DNA of 64,000 bases, taken from contig CAMMQC010000001.1 of assembly GCA_946498975.1 (NCBI GenBank), positions 1 through 64,000 on the forward strand. The letters are read 5' to 3'. The notes beneath the pieces are model-generated. The model searched no databases and was not told the DNA's origin. It saw only the letters and a program-made list of their open reading frames with translations. The position numbers and the translations under genes are program-made. This document shows, in pieces, positions 10,271 to 21,171 of the stretch. How positions within the stretch are numbered: position 1 is the stretch's first letter; every line of letters begins with the position of its first letter. The stretch comes from an uncultured Mycoplasmatota bacterium (GTDB taxonomy: Bacteria; Bacillota_I; Bacilli_A; RF39; UBA660).

Positions 10271-10299
10271 TTGTCAAAACAGTTATTTAATGATATTAT
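10271..10299 (+). promoter_or_regulatory. Sigma-A-type promoter candidate (TTGTCA, 17 bp, TATTAT) for the CPBP protease gene
   Basis: -35 TTGTCA at 10271-10276, 17-bp spacer, -10 TATTAT at 10294-10299, about 20 bp before RBS AGGTGA and ATG at 10320. Confidence 0.4.
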
Positions 10300-10319
10300 T
10301 ATATAGTAGGTGATGACAA

Positions 10320-11003
10320 ATGAAAAAAGAACGAGTATTAGAAATATGTAAAGGATTAATAACATTTCTTATATTTTATTTTAGCAGTTATTTACAAGTA
10401 ATACCAATTGCCTTATTTAATATTAATGTTAATAATTATACAGCAAGTGATTTAGCGATTGTTAATACTTTTACTGATTTAATATTAGTATTAATATTAG
10501 TAGTTCTATATTTTAAAGAGTTAAAAAAAGAATTTAAGACTTTTAAAAATAGTTGGAAATTAAGTATGGATACTGCTTTTAAGTACTGGTTTATAGGTCT
10601 TATGATTATGTGTATTTCTAATGTAGCGATAGGTTTAATTACTGATTTAAGTACTTCTAGTAACGAAGCAGCAGTACAGACTTTAGTTAGTTCTAATCCA
10701 TATTTAATGTTATTTACAGCAGGTATACTTGCACCAATAGCAGAAGAGATAACATTTAGAAAAGGTGTATCTAAGATATTTAAGAATAAATGGGTATATG
10801 CAACTGCTTCTGGATTAATATTTGGTCTATTACATGTAATAGGTAGTGGTAATATTTTAGAGTACTTATATGTTATTCCTTATGGAAGTCTAGGTTTCTT
10901 CTTTGCTTTAACTTATTATGATACTAAAAGTATTTATCCATCTATTATAATGCATGCTATACATAATTCTGCTTTAATAGTTTTATCAATTATAACATTT
11001 TAA
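10320..11003 (+). CDS. CPBP (CAAX/Abi) family intramembrane metalloprotease
   Basis: Multi-TM protein with EEITFRKGV, FGLLHV and MHAIHN motifs. Confidence 0.75.
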   Translation: MKKERVLEICKGLITFLIFYFSSYLQVIPIALFNINVNNYTASDLAIVNTFTDLILVLILVVLYFKELKKEFKTFKNSWKLSMDTAFKYWFIGLMIMCISNVAIGLITDLSTSSNEAAVQTLVSSNPYLMLFTAGILAPIAEEITFRKGVSKIFKNKWVYATASGLIFGLLHVIGSGNILEYLYVIPYGSLGFFFALTYYDTKSIYPSIIMHAIHNSALIVLSIITF

Positions 11004-11005
11004 AA

Positions 11006-11034
11006 GGTACTGAAAGAAACCAGTACCTTTTTAT
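11006..11034 (+). terminator. Rho-independent terminator GGTACTG-aaagaaac-CAGTACC followed by TTTTT
   Basis: Perfect 7-bp stem followed by T-run directly after the CPBP stop. Confidence 0.6.
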
Positions 11035-11454
11035 AATTTGCTAATTCAATTTAAACAAGATATCTAACACAAGCTCTGTGCATTATTTCTATACCCATTA
11101 AATTGGCACTTCATTAATTGTCCAAATCTTAATATGCCTACTTTTGTTGTAACTATATTAGAAGTTAAACTACTCATATCAATATCTATATACTTTGCTA
11201 ATCTATAAGAATTATCATTACCTACTGTTCCTAAATCCCACAAAGTCTAATATTCTATATTGTATAATCAACATCCCTACTCCCATTATTTATTAGTTTA
11301 AAACTTGAACCTTCTAACGATAATCCTTCACTATCACTTATACATATAGCATTATAATTCTGTTCTAAAGTAGGCATGTGTTAATGCTAATATTGATAGT
11401 AATATTATTACCTTCTTTCATATGCAATACTTAATTAATTTTCACTCAATAGAT

Positions 11455-11709
11455 TTAACTATGTGATTTTTCTCTTTTGATTGTCTTATTTTTTATAGGG
11501 CCATCAGAGACTTTTTTCACTTCAAATTCCTCTATACCGAAATCATAGTTAGTTACTTCACAATCTCTTTCTTCGAAAAAAGTCATATCTGCATCTGGAA
11601 AATAACCTCTACCATTATAAATATCTCCAATATTTTTTAATTCTTCTAATATAAACTGATATTTTTTTATTAAAATTTCATTTTTATCTTCCATAAACCG
11701 TCCCTCCAT
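11455..11709 (-). CDS. Hypothetical small protein. Likely start is at MEDKNEIL, 11694.
   Basis: ORF only. No recognisable motif. Confidence 0.3.
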   Translation of the reverse strand: MEGRFMEDKNEILIKKYQFILEELKNIGDIYNGRGYFPDADMTFFEERDCEVTNYDFGIEEFEVKKVSDGPIKNKTIKREKSHS

Positions 11710-11751
11710 TGTTTTACTTAAAGCTATTCTAACATAATAAATTAATTTATA

Positions 11752-14697
11752 CTATATTAATTCTTCATTATTAGTTAATTTTACACTAACGAGTTTAGAA
11801 ACACCAGACTCTTGCATTGTAATACCATATAAAGTATCTGCATATTCCATTGTTTTTTTCTTATGAGTAATTATTAAAAACTGAGTTTTATTTTTGTAAT
11901 TAGCTAGATACTTACCAAACTCCATAACATTCGCTTCATCTAATGCTGCTTCTACTTCATCAAAGACACAGAATGGCACCGTTCTAACATTGATTATTGC
12001 AAATAATAGACTAATAGCAGTTAAAGTCTTTTCTCCTCCTGATAATAAACTAATAGTAGTTAATTTCTTACCTGGAGGACATGCAACTATTTCTATTCCT
12101 GTCGTTAAGATATCATCGCTAGTTAACTTTAAATCTGCTTCTCCACCATGGAATAATGCTCTAAAGACTTCTTTAAACTCTTTTCTTATAAGCTCAAAAG
12201 TCTTTAAGAACTCTTCTTTCATAACTTCATCCATCTCATTCATAATCTCAAGAAGTGTTGCAATCGCTTTAGATAAATCTTCTTTTTGATGTAATAAAAA
12301 CATATATCTAGTATTAACTCTTTCATATTCATCAATCGCTGCTAAATTAACCATACCAAGACTTTTAATTCTAGCTTTATAGTTACTTACTTTGCTTCTA
12401 GCAGTTTTTTCTTCTATATCAAGTTCATAATCTTTTCTAGCTTTTTCATAAGTAATAGAATACTCACTACTTAAAGTATTAAGTAAATTATCTAATTTTA
12501 CATCTATTTCTTTAAGTTTAAGATCTAAACTATTTCTTTTCTCTTCAGTCTTTCTAATTAAATTATTCTTATATTTACTCTTCTCTTCATCTTCTTCGAT
12601 TTTCTCTTTTAATAGTTTTATATCTTTCTTAAGAGTAGTTAGTTTAAGGTCTAATTTTTCTTTAAAGCTTTCTAAATCATAGAACCTAGTTACTAACTCT
12701 TCTTCTTTGGTATCAAGAGTATTCTCATTACTTGATAGATTATCAATATTATCACTAATACTACTAAGAGTATCTTTATTACTTATTAGAGCATGATTTT
12801 TATTAGTAACATCATCTATTAATAGTTTTAAGTCCTTTTCTTTTAGATATATCTTATCTTCTAATTTTCTTATATCTTCTTTAGTATCGTTAATATCAAG
12901 ACTAATTTTCTTATTAGATTCTTCTAGACTAGTAATTATATTAATATAGTTAGTAATCTCTTGATTAATCATAACAGAGCTTCTTCCTTTATAGTTAGCA
13001 CCTCCTGTCATTGATCCTCCTACATTAATAACATCACCTGCTAGAGTAATTACTTTATAACGTCTATCTATCTTTCTACTTATTCTTAAAGCAGTGTCCA
13101 TGTCTTCTGCTACCAGTACAAGTCCTAATTGATTATAGACAATATTTTTATATTCTTTATCTGTAGTAACTAAGTCTGCTAGGACACCAATATATCCATC
13201 TAATCCTTCTAATATGTGTTTAGTATTTTCATCTATATATCTTTTCTTAATAACATTAATAGGAAAGAATGTCGCTCTTCCTAGATTATTATTCTTTAAA
13301 TATCTAATTGCCTCTTTAGCACTATCTTCATCTTTAACTATAACAAAGTTTTTACTACTACTAATTGCAACATCTAAACATCTTACATACTCATCTTTAG
13401 TCTTAATAACATTACCTATAATATCGTAAATTCCTTGTAATTTATCTTCTTCTAGTATTTTCTTAATAGCATTAGGTAAATTATTACCTCTTTCTGCTTC
13501 TAACCTTAACAACTCTACTTTATGTTTATTAGTTAAGATATCTCTATCTTGCTTACTCTGTGTCTGTTCATAATTCTTTAGAGTTAATTTAAGACCTTTA
13601 AGGTTATTCTTACTAGAGTTAATATCATCATTCATATTAGAAATATCTTGATTTATAATATTTATCTCATCTTCTAAAACACTAATATCTTTACTAATCT
13701 TACCTTTCTCATCTATTAAGGTTCTTAACTCTTCTTCTACTTTAGTAGTATCTTTATTCTTTCTTTGTTCTTTTAAGATATTAAGTTGTACGTTTAATTT
13801 ACCTATCTCTTCTGTTTTATTAAGTAACTCTTTTTGTGTAAATTCCAAGTCTTTCTCTAAGTTGAATAAATCTGTCTTTTTCTTTAAAGAGACACCACTA
13901 TCTTTATTAACAGTACTCTCTAAATCTACTATCTCTTTATCTAGAGCATCTTTTTCTTTCTTTAATATCTCTTCATTAGTAGATAGATTATAAATATCAT
14001 AAGCGATTAAAGCTATTTCAAGGTTTTCTAATTCTTCTTTAAGAGTTTTATATTCTTTTGCTTTCTCACTTTGTTCTTTTAAAGGCTCTACTTGTACTTC
14101 TAACTCTTTAATAATATCTTCTACTCTGTCAAGTGCATCATTTGTCTTATCTAGTTTTCTTAAAGCTTCTTCTTTACGCTTTTTATATTTCAAAATACCT
14201 GCTGCCTCTTCAAAAACAACTCTTCTATCATCAGTACTTTCACTAATTATTTTAGATACTTCTCCTTGAGAAATAATATTAAATGATTCTTTACCAACAC
14301 CACTATCTAGAAAAAGATTAACTATATCTTTTAGTCTTGCTTTATTATTATTAATAAAGTATTCATTCTCACCACTTCTATAGACTCTTCTTTTAATACT
14401 AACTTCACTGTAGTCTATTTTTAGATAGTGATCACTATTATCAAAGATAAGTTCTACACTAGCGACATTTTTAGATTTACGTGACGCACTTCCAGCGAAT
14501 ATTACATCACTCATGCCCCCATCACCACGTAAGTTTTTAACTGATTGTTCTCCTAATACCCAACGAACAGCATCAACGATATTACTCTTACCACTACCAT
14601 TAGGTCCCACAATACAAGTAACTTCATCATCTAGTTTTATTTCCATTTTATCAGCGAAAGATTTAAAACCATTTGTTATAATTTCTTTCAAGTACAT
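11752..14697 (-). CDS. smc: Chromosome segregation protein SMC, short form (981 aa)
   Basis: N-terminal Walker A GPNGSGKSN. Long coiled-coil. Hinge. C-terminal LSGGEKTLTAISLLFAI signature and DEVEAALD Walker B. Confidence 0.85.
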   Translation of the reverse strand: MYLKEIITNGFKSFADKMEIKLDDEVTCIVGPNGSGKSNIVDAVRWVLGEQSVKNLRGDGGMSDVIFAGSASRKSKNVASVELIFDNSDHYLKIDYSEVSIKRRVYRSGENEYFINNNKARLKDIVNLFLDSGVGKESFNIISQGEVSKIISESTDDRRVVFEEAAGILKYKKRKEEALRKLDKTNDALDRVEDIIKELEVQVEPLKEQSEKAKEYKTLKEELENLEIALIAYDIYNLSTNEEILKKEKDALDKEIVDLESTVNKDSGVSLKKKTDLFNLEKDLEFTQKELLNKTEEIGKLNVQLNILKEQRKNKDTTKVEEELRTLIDEKGKISKDISVLEDEINIINQDISNMNDDINSSKNNLKGLKLTLKNYEQTQSKQDRDILTNKHKVELLRLEAERGNNLPNAIKKILEEDKLQGIYDIIGNVIKTKDEYVRCLDVAISSSKNFVIVKDEDSAKEAIRYLKNNNLGRATFFPINVIKKRYIDENTKHILEGLDGYIGVLADLVTTDKEYKNIVYNQLGLVLVAEDMDTALRISRKIDRRYKVITLAGDVINVGGSMTGGANYKGRSSVMINQEITNYINIITSLEESNKKISLDINDTKEDIRKLEDKIYLKEKDLKLLIDDVTNKNHALISNKDTLSSISDNIDNLSSNENTLDTKEEELVTRFYDLESFKEKLDLKLTTLKKDIKLLKEKIEEDEEKSKYKNNLIRKTEEKRNSLDLKLKEIDVKLDNLLNTLSSEYSITYEKARKDYELDIEEKTARSKVSNYKARIKSLGMVNLAAIDEYERVNTRYMFLLHQKEDLSKAIATLLEIMNEMDEVMKEEFLKTFELIRKEFKEVFRALFHGGEADLKLTSDDILTTGIEIVACPPGKKLTTISLLSGGEKTLTAISLLFAIINVRTVPFCVFDEVEAALDEANVMEFGKYLANYKNKTQFLIITHKKKTMEYADTLYGITMQESGVSKLVSVKLTNNEELI

Positions 14698-14791
14698 TTA
14701 AAACACCACTCTTTACTCTTATCATTTTATCAGAGATTAAGGTTTTATACAAGAACTAGAATTTTTAGACTTTGTCTTAGCATAAGTTAAT

Positions 14792-14820
14792 TTGACAAAA
14801 ATACTATCTTATAGTATAAT
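14792..14820 (+). promoter_or_regulatory. Consensus sigma-A promoter (TTGACA, 17 bp, TATAAT) for the gene at 14851
   Basis: TTGACA 14792-14797, 17-bp spacer, TATAAT 14815-14820, followed by AAGGGGGG RBS and ATG at 14851. Confidence 0.55.
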
Positions 14821-14850
14821 AACAATACTTTTATAAAGGGGGGAATAATA

Positions 14851-16032
14851 ATGCAAAAAAGTAATGAACGATACTCTGTTTTTGCATCAGAAGATATAGT
14901 TAGAAATTTAAAAAAAGGTATAAACCTACTACCTGAACGTATAGTACCTCTCGATTCTTATGGAATAATGCTGTATCGTGATAAACAGAACGGTGATACA
15001 TATCAATATATACCAAGTCAAAAAAGAAGCTATGATGGAAAACCACTTGGCTATTCACATGAGCGTTTAACACTTTCTGATGGAACTACCTATGTTTCTG
15101 AAATTGCAGAATACAGTGATGATAGAAATAAAGATATATATAAAATTAATGAAGAAAAAGTAACTAAAGAAGAATTTTTTGATAAAATATCAAGATTATC
15201 TTTGAAACAAAATGATATAAATAATAAGCAAAACAATAATACAATTTCAGATATTAATAAAATGAAGAAAAAAGATATTATTAACACTATATTGTCTCAT
15301 AGAAACAATGAAGCACTTAGAAGTCTTATAAAACATTTAGAATTAGAAAAAAAAGCAAAACAGGTATTAAATAGTTCTATAAAACTATATAAACAAAAAG
15401 AAAAAGCAAAAACAAAAAATGAACTAACAAATGCTTTTGCTGTTGAAAGTATTAAACTTTATAAACAAAGTGAATTTATAAATGAACAAGCTGATATTGA
15501 ATTACAAAGAGCATATTTACTAGACTTTTTCTCTTATACTGAAGATAATAACACCACTTTTACTAATAAATTATCTAGTTTAATTAATAATAATTACTTT
15601 ACCAAATTAAATGATACTGAATATAAAGATGTAATTGAGTATTTACAAGTCGTTTTTTCAACTAAAGGCTTAAATGATGTTATAGAATTTTTATTAAAAA
15701 TGAAAAATGCTAGTATTGAATATTCAGATGCTCTTCTTAGAAAAAGAAATACAGAATCAATTACTATTGCTCTAGGAATAACTTTATTTAAATTTAAACA
15801 ATATAACGAAGACAAACTGCTTAACTTAGAAAAAATTAATACTATTATTTATAATAATCCTAACAAAAGAGAACTAAAAGAAACAAAATGGCATGAATTT
15901 TCTCATGTTTTATTACAACCATTAACAGAAATAATTGATGAAGGACAACTAGAAAAAAAGGTTGATGACTATACTGGTGATTTAATAGCAAAAGCAAATA
16001 ATGATGAAAAAAATAATGGTAAAAAAAGATAG
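14851..16032 (+). CDS. Hypothetical K/N-rich protein
   Basis: 393-aa ORF with strong promoter and RBS. No recognisable domain. Confidence 0.4.
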   Translation: MQKSNERYSVFASEDIVRNLKKGINLLPERIVPLDSYGIMLYRDKQNGDTYQYIPSQKRSYDGKPLGYSHERLTLSDGTTYVSEIAEYSDDRNKDIYKINEEKVTKEEFFDKISRLSLKQNDINNKQNNNTISDINKMKKKDIINTILSHRNNEALRSLIKHLELEKKAKQVLNSSIKLYKQKEKAKTKNELTNAFAVESIKLYKQSEFINEQADIELQRAYLLDFFSYTEDNNTTFTNKLSSLINNNYFTKLNDTEYKDVIEYLQVVFSTKGLNDVIEFLLKMKNASIEYSDALLRKRNTESITIALGITLFKFKQYNEDKLLNLEKINTIIYNNPNKRELKETKWHEFSHVLLQPLTEIIDEGQLEKKVDDYTGDLIAKANNDEKNNGKKR

Positions 16033-16046
16033 ACGAATAAAATCAT

Positions 16047-16613
16047 CTATCTTTTATTATTTAACATTTTATCATAGTAATTAAATAAATCTTCAAAAGC
16101 ATTATAATGAACTATTTCTCTTTGTCTTAACCATAATAGAGGTCCAATAACATCAGGGTCATCTGTAAGGTCTATTAAATTTTCATATACTGCTCTTGCT
16201 TTTTGTTCTGCAGCCATATCTTCCATAATGTCTGCTAATGGATCTCCTGTTGTTGCAAAATAGGCAACTGTAAATGGTACTCCATTAGCATCTGTAGGAT
16301 ATAGAGCATTTCTATGTTCTGCATAGTTTGAAGCAAGTCCTGCTTCTTTTAATTCTTCTACAGTAGCATCTTTCAAAAGTTGATATACCATTGTAGAGAT
16401 CATTTCCACATGTGCAAGTTCTTCTGTTCCAATATCTGTTAACAATGCTTGTCCTTTTTGATCAGGCATAGTATATCTTTGATTAAGATATCTAAGTGCT
16501 GCAGCAAGTTCTCCATTACTACCACCATACTGAGTAATTAACTGTTTAGCCATATTAATATCCTTTTTCTTAATATTAACTGGATATTGTAATCTCTTAG
16601 CATATTTAAACAT
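16047..16613 (-). CDS. cotJC: Spore coat protein CotJC (Mn-catalase family)
   Basis: QYGGSNGELAAALRYLNQRYTMPD and TDIGTEELAHVEMISTMVYQL closely match CotJC. Confidence 0.8.
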   Translation of the reverse strand: MFKYAKRLQYPVNIKKKDINMAKQLITQYGGSNGELAAALRYLNQRYTMPDQKGQALLTDIGTEELAHVEMISTMVYQLLKDATVEELKEAGLASNYAEHRNALYPTDANGVPFTVAYFATTGDPLADIMEDMAAEQKARAVYENLIDLTDDPDVIGPLLWLRQREIVHYNAFEDLFNYYDKMLNNKR

Positions 16614-17037
16614 TACTTAACCCCTCCATATTCCAAGGAAATATTAATGTTTGCCATAAAAACGGACTTGTATCTAGACTATCACTACTAACTAGAATTG
16701 GACCATACTTATCTTCATAATCCATCATCAATCTATTCGCTTCTTTTCTATACTTATTAAATAAGTCTAGTGCATTACCATCATTAGGATATAAATCTAA
16801 ATATAAATTAAGGTCATGAGCAGCAAACTCTGCTTCTGACATTCTTAAAAACATCTCCTCTTGTTCTGTAGTAGGTCTTAAAGTTTGAGGTTCATAATTC
16901 TTATACTGACTATATAAATTTCTAAACATATTACCTCTTAAATAACCCTCTTTTTCAGTAAAGAATTTAGGATTATTCATATCTCTATCCATATTGTTTG
17001 GATAGTAATTATAGTTATAATTAAAATCTCTATTCAT
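16606..17037 (-). CDS. cotJB: CotJB spore coat protein, with an N-terminal extension that may be a fused CotJA-like segment
   Basis: C-terminal half HDLNLYLDLYPND...KYGPI...PWNMEG matches CotJB. The N-terminal 60 aa (Y/N-rich, ...YLRGNMFRNLYSQY) weakly resemble CotJA. Overlaps cotJC start by 8 bp. Confidence 0.6.
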   Translation of the reverse strand: MNRDFNYNYNYYPNNMDRDMNNPKFFTEKEGYLRGNMFRNLYSQYKNYEPQTLRPTTEQEEMFLRMSEAEFAAHDLNLYLDLYPNDGNALDLFNKYRKEANRLMMDYEDKYGPILVSSDSLDTSPFLWQTLIFPWNMEGLSNV

Positions 17038-17253
17038 AATTTTCTCCCTTCCCTTTATTCTATTCTAGATAGGAACCCAGGAAAGGGCTTTAACCTAACA
17101 ACTTAAAATATAATTACACAAATAGTAAAAATATATGTTATACTATTTATACCGAAAGTTAAAAACTTTGTCAGGTCTATAACTGATGTATGATATTAAA
17201 TCACTTCAGTTAGGTTGAAAGGAATATCAAGTCCTTTTTTCTTTTTCAACAAA

Positions 17254-17285
17254 AAGTCTTCGGTCCACACGGGATACCGAAGATT
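17254..17285 (-). terminator. GC-rich hairpin TCTTCGGT-ccacacgggat-ACCGAAGA downstream of the ABC permease gene
   Basis: 8-bp stem. Minus-strand reading is followed by a U-rich tract. Confidence 0.4.
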
Positions 17286-17329
17286 ATTATAAATAAATCT
17301 GTAACATAAATAGGTTTAAGATTTATTCT

Positions 17330-20300
17330 CTACTCTACTGATTTTAATGAATCTATCATATCTATTCTTCTTAAGATAAAATATGTTATTACTTGAACTA
17401 TAACACTAAATACTATAATAATTATAAATGATAGAACATAACTTAATGGTTTAATTGTCTTAATAAATAGTATTTCATCAGTCTCTGCTATCATTAAGAT
17501 AAAGGTATTTAAAGAAAAGCCTAAGAATATTCCCACTATAATACCTACTATAGTTAGAATAATAGTTTCCCTATATACATAACTAGATACTTCTTTATCT
17601 CTAAAGCCTAAGACCTTTAGAGTCGCTATCTCTCTTTTTCTTTCATTGATATTAATAATTGTTAGATTATATAAAACTGTTATAGCAAGAAAACTAGAAA
17701 ATGCTATTATTAGATAGACTATATTATTCATACCAGCGATAATATCATTAAACATTTCCATATTATCATCAGTATACTGTATCGCTCCAAAGTATCCAGT
17801 ATCTAATAGATTATTAGATAGTTTTTCTTCATTAGTAGAATCTTTTAGATTAACAAGATAACTATTAAACTCGTCATCATTAAATATCTCTTCATAATAA
17901 GTATTATTCATATACATAAAATTACTTATATAGTTTTTACATATTCCTTTTACTTTAACAATAAATAATTCATTATCACTATTTCTAATACTAATATTCT
18001 CTCCTGCTTTAGCATTTAATAAATCAGCCATCTTTTCTGTAATAATAACCCCATCATCGCTTAAGTTTAAATCACTTCCATCAACAGACTTTAAAGTTAC
18101 ATAATCGTTAATCTTTTCATCATTCATAAAGGCATTTAAAGTAAAGTCTAAATTCTTATTATTCGCTTTAAAAGTAAAACTAGATATATTAGTATTTATA
18201 TAATTAGTTATATCATTATCGCTTAAAGATTTAGTAACATCATCTTCATTAACATCATCTTCATTAACATCATCATTTAAGACTAAAGTTGCATCATAAT
18301 GAGTTATTTCTCCATACTGTATTTCAAGTAAATCACTAAGACTATCTTTTATACCAAAACCTGTAAGAAGTAAAGCAGTACATCCTGCAATACCTAAAAC
18401 AGTCATAAAGATTCTTTTCTTGTATCTAAATAAATTACGTAAAGTTATCTTCCAAGAAAATGATAAATGTCTCCAAAATGGTTTAATTCTCTCTAATAAT
18501 ATCTTTTTACCATTCTTAGGAGATTCTGGTCTTAATATAGTTGCAGGTGCTAATTTAAAGTCTTTAATAAGAGTAATAAATACTACTAAACTCATTAAGA
18601 TAATTGTTGTTAAGACAATGATTAGACAAGCATATGGATTAGCATAAGTAGATAGTTCTGGTATTGTAAAGGATGCAGAATACACTGTATAAAGTATTCT
18701 TGGTATTAAAGTATAACCAATACTTAGTCCTATAACAAGACCTAAAACACAAGCGATAAAAACATATAGTAAATAACTAAAGGCAATGGTAGATTTTCTA
18801 ATACCTAAAGATATAAAAGCCCCTATCTCACTTCTTTCTTCTTCTATCATTCTATTCATAGTATTAAAAGCCATAAGAAATGCTATTAAAATAAAGAATA
18901 TTGGAAATACGGCAGCGATAGAATCTACTTTAGTAGCACTTTCATAAAAACTAGTATAACCTGTTAAATCTTCTCTAGTTAATAAATACCAAACAGGTTT
19001 CTCTATATTTTGAATCTCATTTTTAGCATCATTTATCTCATTCTCATAATTAGAAACTTCTTCTAAGTATAGATTATAGTTAGTATTATATTCATCATAA
19101 CCCTTTTCTAATTCAATATAACCATTATCTATTTCTCTTTTAGCACTATTCAATTCTTTTAAAGCTTTACTATATTCATTATTCCAAGTACTTAAAGAAC
19201 TATTTAAAGTATTTTCTTGTTCTATTAAAGTATTATTAGTACTTATTAATGCCTCAATATTAGTTTTATTATTTTTAAGTTCATTAAGTCTAGCATTTAA
19301 TGTTTCATATAAACTATCACTAGGATCAAGTCCTTCTAACTGTTTTTCTAACTCTGTAATAGTAGCATTTATTGTATCAAGTGTAGGCCCTAAACTATCT
19401 ACTGTAAGCCCTACACTACTTAAAGCATTATTAAACTCTGTCTTAGCATTTTCTAAAGCACTAAAACCATTATTAAGTTCTGATTCTGTAGACTCCTTAG
19501 TCTTATTTAAAGTATTTAAATTACTGTTATATTCTTCTAATCCTTCATCAAGTTTTATTTTATTAGAATTTAACTCAGTTAAAGCATCATTAAACTTAGT
19601 TTCATTTTCACTCTTTATCCTATTAAGTTCATTCTCTGCTTCTACTACTTTATCCATCGCTTCTTTTAGAATTTCTTCATATCTAGCTGTCTCCCTTAAA
19701 GGTTTTAACTTTTGTAATTTCTTATTTACTTTACTTATAATTTCATCATAACTATCACTATAAGATAATTCTTCTTTAGCATTATCTACTATTAGATAAA
19801 CTTCTGTATAATAATCTAATTTAAAGTTATCTTTAGGAACATATAACAAACTATCAAGTTTACCATCACCTACTGAAGACAAGCCTTTATTTTCATAAAT
19901 ATAACTACTACTATTAATAGTTCCTACTATTTTACAAGTATTATTTTCAAGATATGTATCATCTTCTATTGTAACATTATCTCCTATTTTAAATGATTCA
20001 TCTTCACCAAGACATTCACTATTACTTTTAGGCATTCTACCATCTACTAATGTTACTTTACTAATATCTGATAATGCACTAACTTTAACTGCATCACCAT
20101 CTATTAGAGTGTCAATTGAGTAAGTTCCTTCTATTTCTTTTATACCATCTATTTCTTCTAAAGATTTAATATCATCATCTGTAAGACCCATAGTACTAAC
20201 TATCTTAAAGTCATAAAGATTAGTCTCATCATAATAATTATCTAAAGTCTTAATCATATCACTAGCAGTTTCTCTAACTCCTGCAAAGAAAGAAGTACCT

Positions 20301-20386
20301 AATATTACAATAAGGATTAAAGATAAGAATCTTCCTTTAGACTTCCATATTTTCCTAAAACTATTCTTAAAGATTAACATCACCAA
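17330..20386 (-). CDS. ABC transporter permease, FtsX/MacB family, with a very large extracellular coiled-coil domain (1018 aa)
   Basis: Two FtsX-like 4-TM modules separated and preceded by long coiled-coil regions. Overlaps the upstream ATPase gene. Confidence 0.7.
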   Translation of the reverse strand: MVMLIFKNSFRKIWKSKGRFLSLILIVILGTSFFAGVRETASDMIKTLDNYYDETNLYDFKIVSTMGLTDDDIKSLEEIDGIKEIEGTYSIDTLIDGDAVKVSALSDISKVTLVDGRMPKSNSECLGEDESFKIGDNVTIEDDTYLENNTCKIVGTINSSSYIYENKGLSSVGDGKLDSLLYVPKDNFKLDYYTEVYLIVDNAKEELSYSDSYDEIISKVNKKLQKLKPLRETARYEEILKEAMDKVVEAENELNRIKSENETKFNDALTELNSNKIKLDEGLEEYNSNLNTLNKTKESTESELNNGFSALENAKTEFNNALSSVGLTVDSLGPTLDTINATITELEKQLEGLDPSDSLYETLNARLNELKNNKTNIEALISTNNTLIEQENTLNSSLSTWNNEYSKALKELNSAKREIDNGYIELEKGYDEYNTNYNLYLEEVSNYENEINDAKNEIQNIEKPVWYLLTREDLTGYTSFYESATKVDSIAAVFPIFFILIAFLMAFNTMNRMIEEERSEIGAFISLGIRKSTIAFSYLLYVFIACVLGLVIGLSIGYTLIPRILYTVYSASFTIPELSTYANPYACLIIVLTTIILMSLVVFITLIKDFKLAPATILRPESPKNGKKILLERIKPFWRHLSFSWKITLRNLFRYKKRIFMTVLGIAGCTALLLTGFGIKDSLSDLLEIQYGEITHYDATLVLNDDVNEDDVNEDDVTKSLSDNDITNYINTNISSFTFKANNKNLDFTLNAFMNDEKINDYVTLKSVDGSDLNLSDDGVIITEKMADLLNAKAGENISIRNSDNELFIVKVKGICKNYISNFMYMNNTYYEEIFNDDEFNSYLVNLKDSTNEEKLSNNLLDTGYFGAIQYTDDNMEMFNDIIAGMNNIVYLIIAFSSFLAITVLYNLTIININERKREIATLKVLGFRDKEVSSYVYRETIILTIVGIIVGIFLGFSLNTFILMIAETDEILFIKTIKPLSYVLSFIIIIVFSVIVQVITYFILRRIDMIDSLKSVE

Positions 20387-21090
20387 TCAATCTCCTTAAC
20401 AAGTTTAGGGTTCTTATTAACAGTAACACTTTCTATTTTACCGTTTTTAACTTTAATAACTTTATCAGCAATATCGGCAATAACTGCATTATGAGTGATA
20501 ATTATAGTAGTTGTTTTCGTCTTATGACAAGTATCTTGTAATAGTTCTATTATTTTTTTACCAGTTTTAGAATCAAGAGCCCCTGTTGGTTCATCACAAA
20601 GTAATAGTTTAGGACTTTTTGCAATAGCACGAGCGATAGAAACACGTTGTTGTTCACCGCCTGAAAGTTGAGCAGGAAAGTGATCTCTTCTATCAAGTAA
20701 ACCTACACTTTTTAATGCTTCACTAGAGTCCATTGGATGTTTACATATTTGACTAGCAAGAGAAACATTTTCTATAGCAGTTAAATTACCTACAAGATTA
20801 TAGAACTGAAAGACAAAACCTATATCATAACGTCTATAATCAGTTAATTTTCTACTATTATATTTAGCGATATCATTATTATCTATAATAACTTTCCCAC
20901 TACTAGCTTTGTCCATTCCCCCTAAGATATTTAATATAGTTGTCTTACCTGCTCCGCTTGGCCCTAATACAACCGTAAGTTCACCTTCATCAATATCAAA
21001 AGAAACATTATCTAAGGCTTTAATAGTAACTTCTCCCATTTTATAAATTTTAGTTAGATTCTTAACACTAATATAAGACACAAGTATCAC
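20380..21090 (-). CDS. ABC transporter ATP-binding protein (MacB/LolD-like)
   Basis: Walker [10 protein letters not shown], signature [14 protein letters not shown], Walker B LLLCDEPT. Confidence 0.85.
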   Translation of the reverse strand: MILVSYISVKNLTKIYKMGEVTIKALDNVSFDIDEGELTVVLGPSGAGKTTILNILGGMDKASSGKVIIDNNDIAKYNSRKLTDYRRYDIGFVFQFYNLVGNLTAIENVSLASQICKHPMDSSEALKSVGLLDRRDHFPAQLSGGEQQRVSIARAIAKSPKLLLCDEPTGALDSKTGKKIIELLQDTCHKTKTTTIIITHNAVIADIADKVIKVKNGKIESVTVNKNPKLVKEIDW

Positions 21091-21171
21091 CCTCTTATGA
21101 TTACATTATACTATTTAAATCATAAAAAATATATAGTTTTTTGCAAAAGAAAAGTAGTCTAATAAAATTTA

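Noticed and set aside
11990-14701. Plus-strand ORFs 11990..12289, 13214..13429 and 14513..14701 within smc
   Set aside because: Antisense to the SMC coding sequence. No independent support.
15090-15815. Minus-strand ORFs 15090..15287 and 15594..15815 within the 393-aa hypothetical gene
   Set aside because: Antisense. Hydrophobic low-complexity. The plus-strand gene has a consensus promoter and RBS.
18240-18290. 15-bp tandem duplication (atcttcattaacatc x2, encoding DDVNEDDVNEDDV) inside the ABC permease gene
   Set aside because: Small in-frame slippage duplication in a low-complexity acidic linker. Noted but not considered a functional element.
18420-18647. Plus-strand ORF within the ABC permease gene
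   Set aside because: Antisense to a well-supported CDS.
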